Shown: in pieces, positions 38,794-43,504 of the stretch
Layout: each line of letters starts with the position of its first letter
Position numbering within the stretch: the first letter of the stretch is position 1
Assembly: GCA_027001995.1 (NCBI GenBank)
Contig: JALTLO010000136.1
Span: 1 to 43,504, forward strand
Reading direction: 5' to 3'
From: Planctomycetota bacterium
GTDB taxonomy: Bacteria > Planctomycetota > GCA-002687715 > DRQF01
Length of the DNA stretch: 43,504 nucleotides
Notes under the pieces: model-generated
The model's database searches: none
Told to the model about the DNA's origin: nothing
Seen by the model: the letters and a program-made list of their open reading frames with translations, nothing else
Position numbers and translations under genes: made by a program

Positions 38794-40059
38794 TCAGGGT
38801 TGTGTGGCCGTCCACCTAACTGATGTGAAAGACAAGGTGCAGTTGTCCAGGCAGAGTCCCATAGGAGATGAGGTCGTGGGAAGTTCTACGATCATGGTCT
38901 CGTCCAGGAAAATTTGCAGCTTTTTTTTTCTTTGCTGCGCTGCCAAGTGCAGTCCCTTGGCTTCTTTGTTGACCAGGAAGATACCTTTGTGGCTTGGGAT
39001 CCAGGCGCCGTTTCTAAGGATGTCAATCTTCCATCTGCCGTTCTCAACCAACAACACGGTATAGTTCTTTGGGTCTATGAAGTGCAGGAGAAGACCTCCG
39101 CGCCAAGGGGTGCCTAATTGGGGGATGACCAATTGGGCTTCGAAAGATTGACAGTGCTTCTTGGTACGGCACATGCTGACGACGCCAGCGAATCCCCGCA
39201 GATGTTGCTTTGCCCGGCCTTCCCATTGGTTGAAGACTTGTTTCATGGGTTCTTGATGGCCACGTAACCAAGCGACGATTTCTTGTTTTGTCTTCTTGCT
39301 GTTCCCAATGATCTGGCGCAGAAGTGTCTTGGCCGGTTTTAAGTCATTGAGATGTTTGCTGATTTTGGCCCATTTCTTCTTGGCTTTCTTATTCGGGCGG
39401 CAGAGCCAATGGACAAGAGCCCATTGCTCTGCTCGATCACTTTGGTTCATGGATGAAACCATGGCGCCCAAATCGTAGTCAGGGTGGCTCATGATTTTGA
39501 GGGCCCGAGCAGGAAAATCTTTTAAGCTGATGGTGGGAACGGCTCCCAAGACCAAGGTGGCTCCGTCCCATTGATGGCGAGAGAGGTATTCTGTGATTCC
39601 TTCTATGAACCAAGCGTCGTGAGGCGTGTGATTTTTCGTGCTCGACAGAAAATGGAACTGATGGACGCATTCGTGAATGAGGAGTTGTCGGGTGTAGTAA
39701 ACCGTAGGCTGGCGATATTGGAAAACGGTTTTGAGGGGAGGCCAATAGTAACCCCCAGCTCCAGGGCCCGGAGGGGTGACCTTTTGCTTAAGTATTTGTC
39801 GATTGAAGGACTCGTACTTTTCGAAGAGAAAGACGGTTAGCTTCTCGTTTTTCTTGAGTTTGGGGGCTTTGCCAAAGAATTCTTCCAATAGGGGCCAAGC
39901 TGATTCGATCACCAAGAGGAGCTCTTGGGCTTCCTGGACTGGGAAGTCGCTCTTGAGCTGATAATGAGTGCCGCTGTAGGTCTTGGTGGCTTGAGCGCTT
40001 GTGGATGTCGAAATCCCGATCAACAAGCAAAGAACTATGGAGGTAGGGAAGTACGACAT
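38794..40059 (-). CDS. Secreted putative zinc metallopeptidase (gluzincin-type, DUF1570/peptidase MA-like) with C-terminal beta-sandwich
   Basis: Signal peptide; AGGYY, HECVHQ (HExxH) and WFIEGITEY (third ligand Glu). Confidence 0.72.
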   Translation of the reverse strand: MSYFPTSIVLCLLIGISTSTSAQATKTYSGTHYQLKSDFPVQEAQELLLVIESAWPLLEEFFGKAPKLKKNEKLTVFLFEKYESFNRQILKQKVTPPGPGAGGYYWPPLKTVFQYRQPTVYYTRQLLIHECVHQFHFLSSTKNHTPHDAWFIEGITEYLSRHQWDGATLVLGAVPTISLKDFPARALKIMSHPDYDLGAMVSSMNQSDRAEQWALVHWLCRPNKKAKKKWAKISKHLNDLKPAKTLLRQIIGNSKKTKQEIVAWLRGHQEPMKQVFNQWEGRAKQHLRGFAGVVSMCRTKKHCQSFEAQLVIPQLGTPWRGGLLLHFIDPKNYTVLLVENGRWKIDILRNGAWIPSHKGIFLVNKEAKGLHLAAQQRKKKLQIFLDETMIVELPTTSSPMGLCLDNCTLSFTSVRWTATQP

Positions 40060-40189
40060 CGCCGACTCTCTTCTGAACTGATGGATGTGGGGCTTTTCGA
40101 GCTCGCGGAGAGTCTACAGTTTTCTTTTGTTGAACTACCAGGCAATTTAAAGTTTCAAACATGCCTGGCAGCAATTGTGGAGGGGCAAG

Positions 40190-41011
40190 TCAGAGGATTG
40201 TTGCCTTAATGGCGATCATAAGGTTCTTCTTTTCGTTGCCATCAAACTGTCGTGTTGGTGTGATGCTCCATTTTCCAGGTGCCAGTACCATACGCATTTC
40301 GGTTTCACGGGTGCTGAGAACAGGGGAGCCGATGGTGAGAGCTCCGGTTTCGCAAGGTGTAGTTCCTACCACTCGGTTCATGATGAGAGTGCTATCGATG
40401 CGGATCAACTTGTGGCCAGAGTCTTCAGTGATCTTGGTGTTGATCTTGAAGGTGAGCCCATCTCGGACGACCTTGGTTTTCATTTGGTAGAGCCCGGTTT
40501 CAATACGGTCCAAATAGGGGAAGTTCTTAGATTCAACAATTGAGATGCTGGCGTCACCACCGTCTAAGACCAAGATATTCGGAGAGCTGATACTGTTGCC
40601 AATTTCTTTCAACCGGGCTATGTCCTCTTCTGATGCCGAGACAGCTACAGGGGCAGCATTGCGCCATCGTGCTTTCAAACGTTGCTCTGCACCGGCTTCG
40701 GGTTCGTCTTCGTCTAGTTCGATGAAACAGGCCTCGATGAGCACTTGGTCATTGGGGACTTTGACTCCCAACTGAGCGGTCAATTTGCGCAATCCGTTTT
40801 CCATTTCTTTGATTGCTGATTGAATTTTCGGGTTGGCTTCCCGAGTTGCGTCTTGGAGTGCTCTGATCTTGAACTGGATAGTTTGTGTCAAGACCAAGAC
40901 ATCCTTCATGTTTTGCTGGAGGACCTTCTCTTGAGGCGCTCTATGTTCCTGGCATCGGGCGAATGGACAGAGGCAAGCGAGTGCTAAGACGATTGGGGTC
41001 AGGTATTTCAT
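40190..41011 (-). CDS. Minimal secretin-like protein (type II/III secretion secretin core only)
   Basis: Signal peptide and coiled coil, then QVLIEACFIEL, SSPNILVLDGGDASISI, GLTFKINTKI, PVLSTRETEMRMVL and KKNLMIAIKATIL in the order of GspD/PilQ core motifs; GAGGAG RBS. Confidence 0.65.
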   Translation of the reverse strand: MKYLTPIVLALACLCPFARCQEHRAPQEKVLQQNMKDVLVLTQTIQFKIRALQDATREANPKIQSAIKEMENGLRKLTAQLGVKVPNDQVLIEACFIELDEDEPEAGAEQRLKARWRNAAPVAVSASEEDIARLKEIGNSISSPNILVLDGGDASISIVESKNFPYLDRIETGLYQMKTKVVRDGLTFKINTKITEDSGHKLIRIDSTLIMNRVVGTTPCETGALTIGSPVLSTRETEMRMVLAPGKWSITPTRQFDGNEKKNLMIAIKATIL

Positions 41012-41027
41012 GATGTTCTCCTCATCC

Positions 41028-41489
41028 TTAATTGTTCACATCGACGATGAGGGTCCTGCTAGCTAAGAACCCTCCCTGGTCAACATGACGATTCAATGAA
41101 ATTGTTGGGACAGACTTTTCTTCGATCTCTGTCGTTTCTCCGTTGTTGGGTTGGGCCAATTTTTCGGAGGCGGTTTGCGCCCGGCCAACGAGGAAGGCTC
41201 CCCAGGTCGCAAGGAGGAAACTCGCCACCCGAATCCAAGTTGGCACAGCGGAGCTCTTTCTTTGGGGGAGAGCTGCCAAGAGTTCTTCTTCCTTTGTTTG
41301 GTTTGGACCGTCTAAGGGTGTGCCTCTCATCGACTCGAAAGCCAAAAGTGTGAGAGCATGACCGCTACACGAAGGGCAATTTTCTATGTGTCTGGACAAA
41401 TCTCGGAAAACGTTTCGGCTCATGGCGAAGTCCGGGTCGCCTATGGCCAGATGGTCCAATTGATGTTGCCTCGATGTGCAAGATTTCAT
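41028..41489 (-). CDS. Zinc-binding (ZAS/zf-HC2) membrane anti-sigma factor
   Basis: HIENCPSC (HxxxCxxC), single TM helix, ATGA overlap with the sigma gene. Confidence 0.82.
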   Translation of the reverse strand: MKSCTSRQHQLDHLAIGDPDFAMSRNVFRDLSRHIENCPSCSGHALTLLAFESMRGTPLDGPNQTKEEELLAALPQRKSSAVPTWIRVASFLLATWGAFLVGRAQTASEKLAQPNNGETTEIEEKSVPTISLNRHVDQGGFLASRTLIVDVNN

Positions 41490-41989
41490 TTTCGATCTCC
41501 GAAACTTGTTTCCAACCCTGAGCGGATAAGAGCAGTCCTTAAGTCCTTGATGGCGCCGTGTAAACGAGATGCGACTGTGCCAGTCGGGATGTCGAGCACC
41601 AATGAAATCTCTTCATAGTTCAAGTTGAGTTTGTGCTTCATGACGAAGACGTCGCGACGCTCGGGTGTCAATTGCGATAGGGCGTGGTCCATGAGTTCTC
41701 TGAGGTCCGGGTTCTCCTTTGGGGCCACCATGGGGGTACTGAGAGGCAGCAAGTTCAGGCGCTGTTCTTGATTCATTTTCAGCGTTTTACGGTAGGCGAT
41801 CTTGAGGAGATATGACCGAGGGTATTTGGGTGTTTCTTTGGCCAGGGTATGGAAGAAATCAATCCACGTGTCTTGGAAGACTTCATCTTGATCTGCACTG
41901 CGTGACAAGCGGAGACGAATGAATGTGGCGACCAAGTTCTTGTGTTGGGCGTAAATTTCGTCGAATTGTTGTCGTTGTTTGAAACTCAT
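41486..41989 (-). CDS. ECF RNA polymerase sigma-70 factor
   Basis: Region 2 DEVFQDTW...SYLLKIAYR; region 4 LTPERRDVF...YEEISLVLDIPTGTVASRLH. Confidence 0.92.
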   Translation of the reverse strand: MSFKQRQQFDEIYAQHKNLVATFIRLRLSRSADQDEVFQDTWIDFFHTLAKETPKYPRSYLLKIAYRKTLKMNQEQRLNLLPLSTPMVAPKENPDLRELMDHALSQLTPERRDVFVMKHKLNLNYEEISLVLDIPTGTVASRLHGAIKDLRTALIRSGLETSFGDRK

Positions 41990-42191
41990 GAATCCCTTTC
42001 ATGTACTGAGTGGGATAATCTAGATATTTTCTTCACGTTTTGTGGGAAATCGCAGAATTCGGATAATTCTTGTCTCTGATCTTGGCTTTTTCACCGCGTT
42101 TAGGTGTTGGGGTGGGTGTTCCTGGACACGCGAGAGAGAACGCTTTCCGCGGGAGATTTTGACTGTGGTCTCAACCTGACGGAAAAGTGCT

Positions 42192-42212
42192 GGGGGGGGG
42201 GGGGGGGGGGGG
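42192..42212 (+). repeat. G21 homopolymer
   Basis: 21 consecutive G residues, intergenic. Confidence 0.9.
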
Positions 42213-42235
42213 AAACCATGAAGGTTGGTTTCCCC
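42209..42235 (-). terminator. Hairpin just downstream of the methyltransferase stop
   Basis: GGGGAAACCA-N7-TGGTTTCCCC perfect 10-bp stem; followed on the minus strand by poly-C rather than poly-T. Confidence 0.45.
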
Positions 42236-42246
42236 GTTGTTCAAGC

Positions 42247-42957
42247 TTAGTCGTGTTTTTGCAGGATGTCTAGGCGAATCGGGTGGTTGAATGACGCGCC
42301 ATCGGCGGTCATGTAGCTGTCGAACTTAGCTTTGACACGGGCCAACGCCTCATCGTCGAGACGGTGATCTGTGTGGGTGACTTGAATGATACGTTCTTGG
42401 AAGTCGGCAAAGTCTTTGAATTGCCATGTTTCCAGGTGAAATTCTTCGGCAACCAATTTGAACATCTCTGTCTTGACGGCAGACTTCAAATTCTTGAATG
42501 CTTCTCGTCGCACATGTTCTTCGTCGTGGAAAATGCGGAGGACTTCATTGAACTCACCTTGGAATACAGGCTCGGAAATATGAGCGATGCCTCCTGGTTT
42601 CAGGATTCTATGCATTTCTCTGAGGGCCTGTCCCATCATGTTAATGGGGACATGATGCAGCGACTTGAACATGATCACCATGTCGACGCCACGTTCACTC
42701 AAGGGAATGCGTTCTGCACCCGCCATGTGAAACTTGATGTTCTCAAGTTTGTTCTCTGCCAAGTTCTTTTCGTGCTGAACTTTGTCTACTTCGAAAGCCA
42801 AGATTTCGGTATCGGGAAACTTTGCCGCGATGGCCTTAGTCATTTCTGCCGTGCCGCAGCCCAATTCAACGATCCGAAGACCGGCAGGGTTATTGTGCCG
42901 GCAAAGCATGTCAAACGAGGAGCAGACCTCATCAATTGCGTCTGTCTTTAGAATCAG
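42247..42957 (-). CDS. Class I SAM-dependent methyltransferase
   Basis: VELGCGTA motif I, AGAERIPL, FKSLHHVP, ILKPGG. Start either ATG 42909 or in-frame CTG 42957 with GAGGGA upstream. Confidence 0.9.
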   Translation of the reverse strand: MILKTDAIDEVCSSFDMLCRHNNPAGLRIVELGCGTAEMTKAIAAKFPDTEILAFEVDKVQHEKNLAENKLENIKFHMAGAERIPLSERGVDMVIMFKSLHHVPINMMGQALREMHRILKPGGIAHISEPVFQGEFNEVLRIFHDEEHVRREAFKNLKSAVKTEMFKLVAEEFHLETWQFKDFADFQERIIQVTHTDHRLDDEALARVKAKFDSYMTADGASFNHPIRLDILQKHD

Positions 42958-43051
42958 CGGACTTCCCTCAACACTCTTATTTCAAAGTCAATTCCCATGG
43001 CGTCACAAGACTGTATCATGAGAGCCGGAATTTCGTTTAGTGGACCAAGAA

Positions 43052-43504
43052 ATGAAGCAAATTTTCACCCCGTTTCTATGTCTGATCTTACTCATCTCTG
43101 GGGCTAAGGGCCAACAACCCCCTGAGCTTGTCAAAGATTCTCTGCCAAAATCCCTCTCTCTTGACTTACCAAAGGAACTGGCTGAACTGCGGAAAAAGGC
43201 CGGAAATGGCCCCTTGGCCCCTCAGATCGTCTCCTTAGGCCGAAAAATCTTCTTTGACCCCATTCTTTCAAAAGACAATACCGTGGCCTGCTCCAGTTGT
43301 CATCGACCAGACTCGGGATTCGCTTCCCATGAGCTTTTGGCCGTTGGAATTCGTGGTCAAATGGGTATTCGCAACTCGCCGACGGTCTTCAATCGGGGAT
43401 TCGGAGGGCCTTATTTTTGGGATGGACGGGCGAAAACCCTAGAAGAACAGGTTTTGATGCCCATTGAGAATCCTCTTGAACTGGGTCATTCTTTGACCGA
43501 AGTT
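43052..43504 (+). CDS. Di-heme cytochrome c peroxidase (CCP/MauG family), 3' end outside the window; absent from the ORF track
   Basis: Manual translation from ATG 43052: signal peptide, LGRKIFFDPILSKDNTVACSSCH, RNSPTVFN, FWDGRAKTLEEQVLMPIENPLELG; open to the window end. Confidence 0.93.
   Translation, partial: MKQIFTPFLCLILLISGAKGQQPPELVKDSLPKSLSLDLPKELAELRKKAGNGPLAPQIVSLGRKIFFDPILSKDNTVACSSCHRPDSGFASHELLAVGIRGQMGIRNSPTVFNRGFGGPYFWDGRAKTLEEQVLMPIENPLELGHSLTEV

Noticed and set aside
42020..42244. 74-aa ORF with a polyproline run
   Set aside because: The prolines are just the translated G21 tract; no other coding evidence.
42364..42951. 195-aa plus-strand ORF
   Set aside because: Antisense to the methyltransferase.
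43254..43442. 62-aa ORF in the track
   Set aside because: Wrong frame; the real gene is the cytochrome c peroxidase starting at 43052.
1..43504. Prophage, IS, integron or anti-phage defence island
   Set aside because: No integrase, transposase, phage structural or recognisable defence genes; DUF1853 alone is insufficient.

Overview
Gene-dense bacterial chromosomal segment of roughly 50% GC by eye. Its gene repertoire suggests Planctomycetota (inference): a Hanks-type Ser/Thr kinase, an ECF sigma/ZAS anti-sigma pair, carboxypeptidase-regulatory-like surface proteins, a redoxin plus cytochrome c/Cu-monooxygenase-like pair, and a TMTC-like TPR protein. About 35 CDS are supported, two of them truncated by the window edges (S9 peptidase at the left, MauG/CCP cytochrome c peroxidase at the right). 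Recognisable units are Lrp plus methionine gamma-lyase, an FAD oxidoreductase plus membrane 4Fe-4S protein, FapA plus CBS protein, and many secreted hydrolases or adhesins. I found no rRNA, tRNA, CRISPR array, transposase or integrase. The best candidates for an undescribed system are: (1) an ECF sigma / zinc anti-sigma operon carrying a stand-alone mini-secretin with no T2SS or pilus genes nearby; (2) a redoxin plus heme c / PHM-like copper monooxygenase / TPR pair; (3) a receptor-like kinase translationally coupled to a small secreted Fn3-like protein and bracketed by inverted GTAAGTTC motifs. All family calls come from motif recognition, not database searches.
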